From Phycisphaerae bacterium (lineage in GTDB: Bacteria > Planctomycetota > Phycisphaerae > UBA1845), in assembly GCA_036477795.1 (NCBI GenBank), contig JAZGDL010000356.1, positions 1 through 23,359 of the forward strand: a stretch of 23,359 nt of DNA. The letters are read 5' to 3'. The notes under the pieces were generated by a model, which did no database searches, was not told where the DNA came from, and worked only from the letters and a program-made list of their open reading frames with translations. Position numbers and translations under genes: made by a program. Of this stretch, positions 5,592-13,803 are shown piece after piece; the stretch's first letter is position 1, and every line of letters starts with the position of its first letter.

Positions 5592-7331
5592 ATGAAGACA
5601 ACGGCGCTGGCAGCGACAACGGCGATACTTGCAATCATGGTGGCCGCAGCATCGGCTGAGAGCCTCTCGGCCGTGTGGATGTTGAGCTCCTCGGGCTCAG
5701 GTAGGCCGGCGGCAGCCGGCACCGACTGCTGCGTGGAGCACGGCACGGCCGGGTGCGACGACCCGGCCATTGAAGAGTGCGTCTGCGCCATCGACCCGGT
5801 TTGCTGCATCGAGGTGTGGGACAACTTGTGTGTCATATTCGTAGAGGCGGGAGGTTGCGGCGATTGCGGCGGCGGCGGCCCTAGGTGCTGTACTCCGCGC
5901 ACGGCGCCCGGGTGCCCCGAGGATCTCACCATTCAAGGTTGCGTCTGTGACCGGGACCCGTTCTGCTGCAACACGGAATGGGACCAAACCTGCGTCGATG
6001 AGGTCGAGGAATTCGGCTGCGGTTTCTGTGACGGTATTCCCAACGATGCCTGCCCGGACGCGGTTGCCGTCAACTCCGACACTACCCTTGCGATCAACAC
6101 CGACGCGGCGACGACCGACGGGCCTGCGCTTCCGGCCGCCTGCGATGAGGGGGGCGGCTTGGCGTTCGATTCGGACGTATGGTATTGCTACTCGCCGGAC
6201 TGCGACGGCGACGTGACGGTGAGCTTGTGCGGTGAGTCTTTCGACAACCGCCTGGCTATCTACGAGGGGTGCGCATGTCCGGCCACCAACACCCGGATGA
6301 TCGAGTGCAGCGACAACTTCTGCGGTTTCCAGGCGCAGATCACCTTCAACGCTTCGTCGCAAATGAACTACCTGATACGCGTCGGCGGTAACGGCGCTGT
6401 TGGAACGGGAGAATTGCAGATCACCGGCGGCGACACCGACAACAACTTCGATTGCAACGATAACGGCACTTTCGACGGGTGCGACATTCGTTCGGGTGAC
6501 AGTGGCGACTGCAACAGCAACGGCATCCCCGACGAGTGCGAGCTGGACGACGGCCGGGTCCTCATCCAGCAACTACCCAACCAGAGCAACGGTCTGTTCT
6601 CCGATCCGGACTGCGGTGTATGCGAGGCCGCCGGTCAGCAGAGCGTGGCTGATCAGTTCCGCATTTTTGAGACGACAACCATTGAAAGGGTGGTCCTGTG
6701 GGGCGGGTATTTCCCCGACAACATCCCCTCGCTAGACGATGATTTCACCGTGATCTTACAGCGGAGCTGCGCCGGCCTGCCCTGCCTGCCGTTCACCCCG
6801 CAGTCCGGCGTTCCATCAACGCGAATCAGGACCGGCGTTCAATTGTTCGGCGTGGATGAATGGCTCTTCGAGCTGACGCTTCCAACGCCGCTGACCCTCG
6901 ATTCGGGGATCTACTACATCGAGGTATTCAACAACACCGCCGGCAACACCGACAGCTTCTTCTGGGAGGTGGGCAACCGGGACGCCGCCGCCGGAGCGAA
7001 TGGTAACGCCGTGGATGCCAACGCCTCCCCCGGCGTCGAGTGGTTCGCCAACCCGGAAGATCAGGCGTTTCAGTTGCTGGGCCCGCCCTTAAATGATTGC
7101 GACAACAACCGGATTCCCGATGTGTGTCAGAAAGAGCCCGTTCAAGTGCCGGGCGACCTGAACGACGACTGCCAGGTGGACATCGACGATTACGAACTGT
7201 TCCTAGATTGCGTTACGGGCCCCGGCGGCGGTCCCGTTGCCGAAGATTGCCAGGCTGTTGACTTCGACGAAGACGACGACGTTGACCTGCCCGATTGGGG
7301 TGGTTTTCAGGATGTATTCGGGAGCCCGTAA
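5592..7331 (+). CDS. Secreted cysteine-rich protein: duplicated N-terminal Cys module, PPC-like (pre-peptidase C-terminal type) jelly-roll domain, DCNxNGIPDxCE-type acidic Cys motifs, C-terminal dockerin-like Ca-binding repeat pair
   Basis: Start ATG 5592 with GAAGGAGGGAG RBS; signal peptide MKTTALAATTAILAIMVAAASAES. Two copies of C(C)...GC.[DE]..I..CVC..DP.CC...WD..CV..VE..GCG.C. The segment DSDVWYCYSPDCDGDVTVSLCGESFDNRLAIYEGC...MNYLIRVGGNGAVGTGELQI fits the PPC pattern (D.D.Y.F...G.V.I.L....D.DL.LYD.....YYIRV.G...G.Y.L.V). C-terminus DLNDDCQVDIDDYELF ... DFDEDDDVDLPDWGGFQDVF is dockerin-like (D.N.D..V...D...F). Confidence 0.75.
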   Translation: MKTTALAATTAILAIMVAAASAESLSAVWMLSSSGSGRPAAAGTDCCVEHGTAGCDDPAIEECVCAIDPVCCIEVWDNLCVIFVEAGGCGDCGGGGPRCCTPRTAPGCPEDLTIQGCVCDRDPFCCNTEWDQTCVDEVEEFGCGFCDGIPNDACPDAVAVNSDTTLAINTDAATTDGPALPAACDEGGGLAFDSDVWYCYSPDCDGDVTVSLCGESFDNRLAIYEGCACPATNTRMIECSDNFCGFQAQITFNASSQMNYLIRVGGNGAVGTGELQITGGDTDNNFDCNDNGTFDGCDIRSGDSGDCNSNGIPDECELDDGRVLIQQLPNQSNGLFSDPDCGVCEAAGQQSVADQFRIFETTTIERVVLWGGYFPDNIPSLDDDFTVILQRSCAGLPCLPFTPQSGVPSTRIRTGVQLFGVDEWLFELTLPTPLTLDSGIYYIEVFNNTAGNTDSFFWEVGNRDAAAGANGNAVDANASPGVEWFANPEDQAFQLLGPPLNDCDNNRIPDVCQKEPVQVPGDLNDDCQVDIDDYELFLDCVTGPGGGPVAEDCQAVDFDEDDDVDLPDWGGFQDVFGSP

Positions 7332-7380
7332 ACGGGCTACGCCAGCGGGAAACAACACCAATCCCGGTTGGAACTTGCCG

Positions 7381-7716
7381 TTACCTTCCATCCCCGAGCC
7401 GCAGGCTCTTAGCCCGCGCTGGTCTGTCGATTACGATCACATCCGCCTCGTGGTCCGCACGGCGGACCCTACTTGCTGCTTTCGAAGAGACGATGCTACC
7501 CGGAATCACGCTGCAGGAACACAAGGGAAGCGGGATGCCGATGGCCGACGCCTTGATCACCTCCGCCAGACCCGGTCGCCCGAGGTGCCGCGATATCCTG
7601 GAAACCGGCACCAGCACTTGGATGACACCTGCAAGCAGGCATCCCACCAGCAGCCAGGGGGCCGACTCCGCCAGCATGCCCCAGCAATTCACCATCCACT
7701 GCGTCAGGAAGTACAT
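7381..7716 (-). pseudogene. Remnant of a COG0701-type predicted permease (CSC-motif, ArsP-like family), N-terminal ~80 aa only
   Basis: WLLVGCLLAGVIQVLVP...ISRHLG...AEVIKASAIGIPLPLCSCSVIP matches the conserved N-terminus of this permease family (P.CSC..IP motif). After ~aa 80 the reading frame gives non-membrane sequence and stops at 111 aa (full-length members are ~300-350 aa). Confidence 0.45.
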
Positions 7717-7846
7717 TGATCCTCACCTCGAGGATCGAAACGTGTTTGACATGAATTGGAATGGTCGCTGCCCGATTCGCTTCCGTATGACCAACCGGGG
7801 CGGGCACCCCTGCCCGCCCCGGCTGAAGGTTACTTAACATCATCCT

Positions 7847-10800
7847 CTACGGACACGTCGGCCCCGTCCATGTGTCACCCCCGCCCGCGGCGGTGGCACC
7901 GAAACATTGGAAGATGTCGGCGAAGAACGTGACCTGCTGGTCCGGCACGGTGGGCCAGTTGCCCTGCGTGTCAACCTCGATCCCAGGATCAGGCCCCGTA
8001 AAGTTGGGGAATCCCGCGGCGGCAGTGTTACTGAACTGCTTGAACAAGTCGGCAAAGAACGTGGTCTGCCCGTCCTTGCTGGAGTCGCACCACACCCACG
8101 TCGGAAGGTCAGGCCGCACCGAAGCCGCGTCCGGGCCGGCGCAGTCGATGCAGCGCGCCGTCACCGTCGGTCTCGAGATAGGCCCAATGGGGTCGCAGCT
8201 TTCATCACCGATACCCTGGCAAGCGGCCGCATCCTTGTGATCGCATAAGCTCCCGTCGTCGCACACATAACCCCACGCGAAACTGGGACACACCGGCCTG
8301 CCGGTGACATACAGGGCGTTGAGACCGCCGCTGGTCCACTGATCCGGCGTCAGGAAGTCGGCCGTCGCACAGGTGGGCTCCGACGCAATGCCGATGTTGA
8401 CCAAAACAGTTCCAGCCGGGTCGTCAGGGTAGTTCGTCCGGACCAACTTCACCCAGCCCTCGTTCGACACAGGGTCGCAGCTTTGATCGCCGATGCCCTG
8501 GCAGGCGTTCGGGTCGGCCGGATCGCACTTCGATCTGTCGTCACACTCATTTCTGGTGCCGCACACGATGTGAAACGCCACTGGATCGGTAACGCTGGCA
8601 TCTGGTCGGATCTCGATGTACCGCGAGGCGATGTTGCTGATCACGACCGGCTCAAGACACGGCGGCTCGCAAACATCGGCGATCCCGTTCGCCGGGTTGA
8701 CGTCATTGCAATTCGTGCCGTTGCCATGGAACGTCGAGCCGGAGAGATTCTCGCAGCACGCTCTGTTCATCACGTCACAGCTCAGGCCGGTGATGCCGAA
8801 ACAGCAGGCACCGACTTCGGTGCTGCACACGCTGCTCGGTCCCAGCGGCGTGGACCCCTTGGCAAGACAGCAGGCGCGATCGATCTCGGTGCAGGTGCCG
8901 TCAGCATGGCAACAGGCTTCTATTCCCAAGCAGAGACTGCCGGCACCCTGGAACGCGCCGACACACTCCGCCTCCGTTGCGATGGTACAGTTGGCGTCGG
9001 CGTCGCAGCAGGCGCCGGGCCGGTCGTCACAGCAACGCCCATTGCTTGCGCTTATGCTACCCGCGAGGTTCAGCCCGGTGACCACACCCCAGATGTTCTC
9101 GACCACCACAGTGACGCAGTTTCGCCCGACCACAAACAGGTTGGGGTCGGTGGCTTTGACGTGCGTCGGTGCTGCGGTGTTGAACGACGGCGCCGGCGTC
9201 GAGCCGATCGACACACCGTTCAGGAACACTTCGGCGGCGTCGTCGGCACGCAGGTCGATGAGCAGCCGGGGGTCGCGGAAGCGCTTGTCCAGACAGAAGC
9301 AGAACTCGTAGCAGTAGTCGCCGTTGGGGCCGGTGGTGTTGGCGCTGATCCAACGGGTACCGGCGATGGTCAGCCACATAGGATTGGGGGTGATCACCAG
9401 CGCCGGCCGCGGCAGCGTGCCTTGCGGCGAGGGCTCGCAGGTCACCTCCCAGGTATCGTCGGGATCACCGATGGGAATCAAGCCGCCGGTATCGTCGTCG
9501 ACACCGGTGCCGATGTTGATGGTCAACTTCTCCGGCGGACAGCAGTTGCAGCAGATATCAACACCGCCTTGGGGGTTGTCTACGACGGTCCGTTCGCAGG
9601 CCGTACCGTCGGCACAGGTGCCGACGCAATCCGGCATTGCCGGAGGCGGCGTCGACAAGTCCACATGACACTCGTCGGTTCCAAGGCAATCGCAATCGAT
9701 GACGGTGACGTCCCCGGTGAGCAAATCGAAGTTCACGCACTTGGGTTGACAGATTTCTACGACGGGCGTGACCGGGCAAGTGATCGGCTCACAACCCTGG
9801 CCGTCTTGCGTCGGCTCGCATATGGGATCGCAGGCATCGTCGATGCCGTTGCCGTTGTTGTCACCTTCACAGGCGGACCCGACGCCCAGGAAGCTGCTAC
9901 CGGTCAAATCCGCGCAGCAGGTCTCGTCCATCTCCGCGCAGCGCTCGTTTACGCCGTCGTTGAAGCAGCAGGCCCCGACCTGCCCGCAAACGGTGCCGGC
10001 GCCGTGGAAGGTGCCGCTCCGCAGGACGCAATCAGCGAGGCTCATGACCGCGCAGGTCTCCCGGATGCCGTCCAAATCGGTATCATAGCAACACGCTCCG
10101 ACATCTATGGGCGCACAATCGCAGGTCATATCCCCGCCCTGCGGATAATCTAACGAATCGATGCTGGTATTGCCCGTCGGGCTCCCGTCGATGTGGACCT
10201 GGCAAACTTCACCCGCAACCGGGCAATCGCCGTCGCAGGACAGAATCGACCCGCTGATTTTGATGTCACCGCAACAGTCCGGCTCACAACAATTACACTC
10301 GGTCGGCTTGAAATCCCCGCCGATAAAGATCGTGACCACACTCGGCAGGCAGGTCTCAAGCAATGTGGGATCGTCGGTCAGACAGTCGCGCTTGTGCATG
10401 TTCACGCACAACGGTACCGGCGGCGCCGGCGGCAGCGGGCAGAACTCGTCGCACGTGTCGTCGATGCCGTTGCCGTTGCCGTCACCCAGACACGGCACCC
10501 CAGCGCCCTGGAAGACGCCGTTAATGTCATCACAGCAGGTCTCGTCCATGACCTCGCAGCGCTCGTTGACGCCGTCCGGGGGGGTGTCGTCGTCGAAGCA
10601 GCACGCCCCCACCTGGCCACAGCTCGTACCGGCGCCGTGGAACGTGCCGAACAGGGCGTCGCACTCGGCCTGTGTCATCTCCGCGCAGCTTTCCTTGATC
10701 CCGTCACCGTCTGCGTCGAAGCAGCAGGCCCCATCCGGGGGAAGCGTGACGCAATCGCAAGTCGCCTTGCCGGGTGGAAGACTGAACACGCTCGCGGTCG

Positions 10801-12721
10801 AAACGCCCTGCGACACGCCATTGACGAAGATGACGCAGGGGCCCTGCGGATTCGGCTCCGGACACCCGCCGAGACACGATATCTCACCGATGGCGATGTT
10901 GATCTGGATAGGCCCACACTTCTCCGTAAAGCAATCGCACGCGAGCACGTTGATCCCGGCCGCACCGATCTCAACCGAGCTAGGCCAGCACGTTGCGTTG
11001 GGATCGTCGCTGATGCAATCCGTAGCCTGCAGAGTGGCGCAGGGATCGTCCGCCGGCGGACCCGGCAGGTCACACATCTTCTCACAGTCGCAGCAAACCT
11101 CTGTGACGCCGCCAACGGTGGTCACGGTCTCAACACAAACCTCATCGGCGGCGCAATTACCTACGCACCTCGGCTGAAGAGGCGGATCGAAAGGACTGGG
11201 CTCGGGGTGACAATCGGTCGGAGTTCTACACTCACAGTCCACGACAGTGACCGCCGGTGTGGCGCTGGGATCAAATCTCAGGCAACGCGGAATACAATCT
11301 TCGCCCGGGACGGGGCATTGGAAGGTCTTGCAGTCGGACAGGTCGTCCAGCGGTTCACACACCGCCGGCTCCGGCTCGCAAGCGCAGCAGATGCGCTGTA
11401 TACCCGCGCCGATGTCGGTCACCGTGCGGACGCAGATTTCGTCAGGCGGGCAGAACCCGATGCACGATGGTTCGGCCGCGGCTGACACGTTGACATAGCA
11501 CTGGTCCGAACCGACACATTCACACAACGAAGCGGTCACTGTACCCGAATTTAGATCAACATCTACACAACGTCTTCTGCACTTTTCGGTGTCGATGGGG
11601 CACACCACGGTTGTGCATTGGTCGGTACCCGGAATCGGCTGACATTCCGCCGGCTCGCAGGCGTCGTCTATGAAATTGCCGTCGTTGTCACCCAGACAGA
11701 CCGTGCCGGACCCCAGCGGCGTGCCGCCCAACTCGTTCTCGCAGCACAGCGGGTCCACTTCATCGCAAAGGATCTCGCCCAAGGCACCGGGATAACAGCA
11801 CGCCTCGATCGCCCCGCCGCACGTTGAAGCCGCCGGCTGCACGCTGCCGCCTTTTGCCTCACAGCAGATGGGGTCCATGTCGTCGCAGGTGCCGTCCGGC
11901 AGGCAGCAGGGTTGATCACCGGTACAGACGCTTCCGTCACCACCGTAGACGCCGCCTTGAGCCTGGCACTCCTGTGCCGTAAGCGGTTCGATGCATACAT
12001 TGGGTGGCCCCAACCGGCAGCAGGCACCGGTCGGCTCAACCGGGTCGCACGGAGGGCATGTCCAATCCAACCCGCCTTGTGGATTCTGCGTCCCAACCGC
12101 GTCAGGACAGAATATCCCCGTAGGGCACTTCTCGATGCACATGACCGAACCACCCTGTACCACAGGCCGACACGCGCCGGGCTCGGGTACTTCGCAGTCG
12201 CACTCCGACACCGCAAAATCACCCGCCGACGTTTGATGAATCACCTTAGGAACACAGGCTTCCGACGGATCGTTGGGGCAGGGGCCCTTGCATTTGAGGC
12301 TGCACGTTCCCGCAAGACAAGGGTTGCACTCCGACGTTAGCTGGCATTGGCCGGGGTTCCCGCTGTCCAGACATTCGCACGCATACGAGATCGTGCCGTC
12401 GAGATTGCCCTTGCCGAGCAGCGTGCACGTAAGTGCCGGGTCGGTACACGGCTGGCTACAGAAGATCGTCCCCAAGTTCGGATTGTAGTCTACGTGGCAC
12501 ACCGGCTTGGCGCAGTCGCAGCACTCGATGCGAATGAAATTACCCGACGAATCCGCCAGAATCTCGACCGGCACACAACCTTGGGTGGCCACCGCACAGG
12601 TACCGGCGCAGCTCGTGCCCGCCGGATTGGTCGAGCACGGGGCAGCAGCCTCACTGCACACCGGCAAGATCATGATACTACAAAACGCCATCAGTCCGAT
12701 GGGGGCAATCAGCGTCTTCAT
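7847..12721 (-). CDS. Giant (1624 aa) secreted, modular, extremely cysteine-rich repeat protein
   Basis: ATG at 12719-12721 with AAGGAG 7 nt upstream; signal peptide MKTLIAPIGLMAFCSIMILPVCSEA. Two alternating module types: (1) 'ACC' modules (aa ~233-357, 665-760, 875-966, 1236-1352), e.g. ACCFDADGDGIKESCAEMTQAECDALFGTFHGAGTSCGQVGACCFDDD..GVNERCEVMDETCCDDINGVFQGAGVPCLGDGNGNGIDDTCD; (2) 'CxC...TV...CCxCE' modules x3 (aa ~381-449, 476-547, 993-1062), e.g. CRRRCVDVDLNSGTVTASLCECVGSDQCYV...CIGFCPPDEICVRTV...ICCACE. Also a Cys-poor beta-rich region (aa ~1090-1230), a duplicated CQGIGD[QE]SCDP motif and a duplicated TTFFAD[LI]F[KQ][QC]F C-terminal motif. Confidence 0.85.
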   Translation of the reverse strand: MKTLIAPIGLMAFCSIMILPVCSEAAAPCSTNPAGTSCAGTCAVATQGCVPVEILADSSGNFIRIECCDCAKPVCHVDYNPNLGTIFCSQPCTDPALTCTLLGKGNLDGTISYACECLDSGNPGQCQLTSECNPCLAGTCSLKCKGPCPNDPSEACVPKVIHQTSAGDFAVSECDCEVPEPGACRPVVQGGSVMCIEKCPTGIFCPDAVGTQNPQGGLDWTCPPCDPVEPTGACCRLGPPNVCIEPLTAQECQAQGGVYGGDGSVCTGDQPCCLPDGTCDDMDPICCEAKGGSVQPAASTCGGAIEACCYPGALGEILCDEVDPLCCENELGGTPLGSGTVCLGDNDGNFIDDACEPAECQPIPGTDQCTTVVCPIDTEKCRRRCVDVDLNSGTVTASLCECVGSDQCYVNVSAAAEPSCIGFCPPDEICVRTVTDIGAGIQRICCACEPEPAVCEPLDDLSDCKTFQCPVPGEDCIPRCLRFDPSATPAVTVVDCECRTPTDCHPEPSPFDPPLQPRCVGNCAADEVCVETVTTVGGVTEVCCDCEKMCDLPGPPADDPCATLQATDCISDDPNATCWPSSVEIGAAGINVLACDCFTEKCGPIQINIAIGEISCLGGCPEPNPQGPCVIFVNGVSQGVSTASVFSLPPGKATCDCVTLPPDGACCFDADGDGIKESCAEMTQAECDALFGTFHGAGTSCGQVGACCFDDDTPPDGVNERCEVMDETCCDDINGVFQGAGVPCLGDGNGNGIDDTCDEFCPLPPAPPVPLCVNMHKRDCLTDDPTLLETCLPSVVTIFIGGDFKPTECNCCEPDCCGDIKISGSILSCDGDCPVAGEVCQVHIDGSPTGNTSIDSLDYPQGGDMTCDCAPIDVGACCYDTDLDGIRETCAVMSLADCVLRSGTFHGAGTVCGQVGACCFNDGVNERCAEMDETCCADLTGSSFLGVGSACEGDNNGNGIDDACDPICEPTQDGQGCEPITCPVTPVVEICQPKCVNFDLLTGDVTVIDCDCLGTDECHVDLSTPPPAMPDCVGTCADGTACERTVVDNPQGGVDICCNCCPPEKLTINIGTGVDDDTGGLIPIGDPDDTWEVTCEPSPQGTLPRPALVITPNPMWLTIAGTRWISANTTGPNGDYCYEFCFCLDKRFRDPRLLIDLRADDAAEVFLNGVSIGSTPAPSFNTAAPTHVKATDPNLFVVGRNCVTVVVENIWGVVTGLNLAGSISASNGRCCDDRPGACCDADANCTIATEAECVGAFQGAGSLCLGIEACCHADGTCTEIDRACCLAKGSTPLGPSSVCSTEVGACCFGITGLSCDVMNRACCENLSGSTFHGNGTNCNDVNPANGIADVCEPPCLEPVVISNIASRYIEIRPDASVTDPVAFHIVCGTRNECDDRSKCDPADPNACQGIGDQSCDPVSNEGWVKLVRTNYPDDPAGTVLVNIGIASEPTCATADFLTPDQWTSGGLNALYVTGRPVCPSFAWGYVCDDGSLCDHKDAAACQGIGDESCDPIGPISRPTVTARCIDCAGPDAASVRPDLPTWVWCDSSKDGQTTFFADLFKQFSNTAAAGFPNFTGPDPGIEVDTQGNWPTVPDQQVTFFADIFQCFGATAAGGGDTWTGPTCP

Positions 12722-12834
12722 GGCTCGCTCCTTAACTGCTCTCCGGGTTCCCGCACCTCGATTTCGGGAACCAAACCATATTCACTATCGCGCGCGCAAT
12801 AAGGCGCGGCGCTCTGCTCTTTTCGAATACGCAG

Positions 12835-12945
12835 TGGGTGGGTGGCCCACCTCGTTTCGAGGTGGGGGACACGATGATCCACACACCAACGTCGAAGCTT
12901 GTCGTATCATCCAGCCCCCACCTTCAAAGAAGGTGGGGCACCCGC
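12835..12945. repeat. ~110-bp MITE/REP-like structured repeat, copy D1 (three stem-loops)
   Basis: gggtgggtggCCCACCTCGtttCGAGGTGGGggacacgatgatccacacaccaacgtcgaagcttgtcgtatcatccagCCCCACCTTCaaaGAAGGTGGGGcaccc is ~93% identical to 17813-17925. Contains a 9-bp hairpin with ttt loop, a gatgat/atcatc inverted pair around an AAGCTT core, and a 10-bp hairpin with aaa loop. Lies in the divergent promoter region between the giant gene and the sigma factor gene. Confidence 0.85.
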
Positions 12946-13166
12946 AACGACGCAAGCGGCCATAAATGCCAGGGTCGTAAACCGCCTCGACTTGTTCCTC
13001 TCCATCGCTGGCTCGTTATCGGTCTGTCCTCCAGTGAACGATTGGCGTCCTACCGGCCTAGACCGGTTACGAGGCGCAGAACACATCCCCAGCCGCCCTT
13101 TGCAGCAAACACGGGCAGTTTCGGTTATACTCCTGGAGGTGTATGTAGCTTCCTAGCTCCATACGC

Positions 13167-13208
13167 ACCGTTTTGAGCTGGATCGGCTCAAGAAAACGGT
13201 ATTTTTTT
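13167..13208 (+). terminator. Rho-independent terminator-like hairpin plus T8 tract on the + strand, 20 nt upstream of the sigma factor start
   Basis: accgttttgagc (13167-13178) pairs with gctcaagaaaacggt (13186-13200): 12 bp with a 3-nt bulge, 7-nt loop, followed by atttttttc (13201-13209). No + strand gene ends upstream of it, so it is either an insulator/attenuator for the sigma gene or the end of an unannotated + strand transcript covering D1. Confidence 0.5.
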
Positions 13209-13227
13209 CGGAATGTGCGTTAAGCCC

Positions 13228-13803
13228 ATGGCTTCCGAAGAGGTCACTCAGGTCCTGGCCGATCTGACACGTGGTGATACGGGGTCCGCCGCGCGCCTGT
13301 TGCCCCTGGTGTATGAGGAGCTCAGGCGGCTGGCCGACCAGTACCTGCGCGACGAACGCCCTGATCACACGCTCCAGGGAACGGCCCTGGTTCACGAGGC
13401 CTTTCTCCGTCTTGTGGATCAGAAGGACGCCAAGTGGCAGAACCGGGCGCACTTCTACCGCGTGGCCGCCATGGCGATGCGGCGCATCCTGGTCAACCAC
13501 GCCCGCGATCGGCAGCGCATCAAACGTGGCGGAGGAAGACGCAAGTTCTCGCTCGACGACATAGACACGCAAGCCGAGGCGCAGTCGCCGGACCTTATCG
13601 CCCTGGATGAAGCACTGACCAAGCTCAGTTTGCTGGACCACCGCAAAGCGCAACTCGTTGAACTCCGCTACTTCGCCGGGTTTACGATCGAAGAATCGGC
13701 CCGGATCCTGGAGATCTCGCCGGCCCAACTGAAGCGCGAGTGGACGCTCGCCAAGACTTGGCTGCTGCGCGAACTTCGCCGTGGAGGTGAGTGTGAACGC
13801 TGA
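13228..13803 (+). CDS. ECF-type RNA polymerase sigma factor of the TIGR02999-like (kinase-associated) group
   Basis: MASEEVTQVLADLTRGDTGSAARLLPLVYEELRRLADQYLRDERPDHTLQGTALVHEAFLRL... with sigma70 region 2 and region 4 (LVELRYFAGFTIEESARILEISPAQLKREW) and the characteristic ..LAKTWLLRELRRG C-terminal tail. Alternative start ATG 13213; neither has a good SD. Confidence 0.85.
   Translation: MASEEVTQVLADLTRGDTGSAARLLPLVYEELRRLADQYLRDERPDHTLQGTALVHEAFLRLVDQKDAKWQNRAHFYRVAAMAMRRILVNHARDRQRIKRGGGRRKFSLDDIDTQAEAQSPDLIALDEALTKLSLLDHRKAQLVELRYFAGFTIEESARILEISPAQLKREWTLAKTWLLRELRRGGECER

Noticed and set aside
5697-6572. Minus-strand 291-aa ORF inside the Cys-rich secreted protein gene
   Set aside because: Antisense GC artefact. 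The + frame has the signal peptide, PPC-like and dockerin-like motifs.
8483-11485. Long + strand ORFs (556, 338, 430, 231 aa etc.) inside the giant minus-strand gene
   Set aside because: Antisense to a strongly supported 1624-aa gene. Their Ala/Arg/Gly/Val-rich composition with no motifs is typical of open antisense frames in high-GC DNA.
12838-13176. ORFs 12838..13176 and 17469..17990 (..GGPPRFEVGDTMIHTPTSKLVVSSSPHLQRR..)
   Set aside because: The similar peptides arise only because both ORFs read through copies of the D repeat. There is no start/RBS context and the hairpin-dominated DNA argues for a non-coding repeat.
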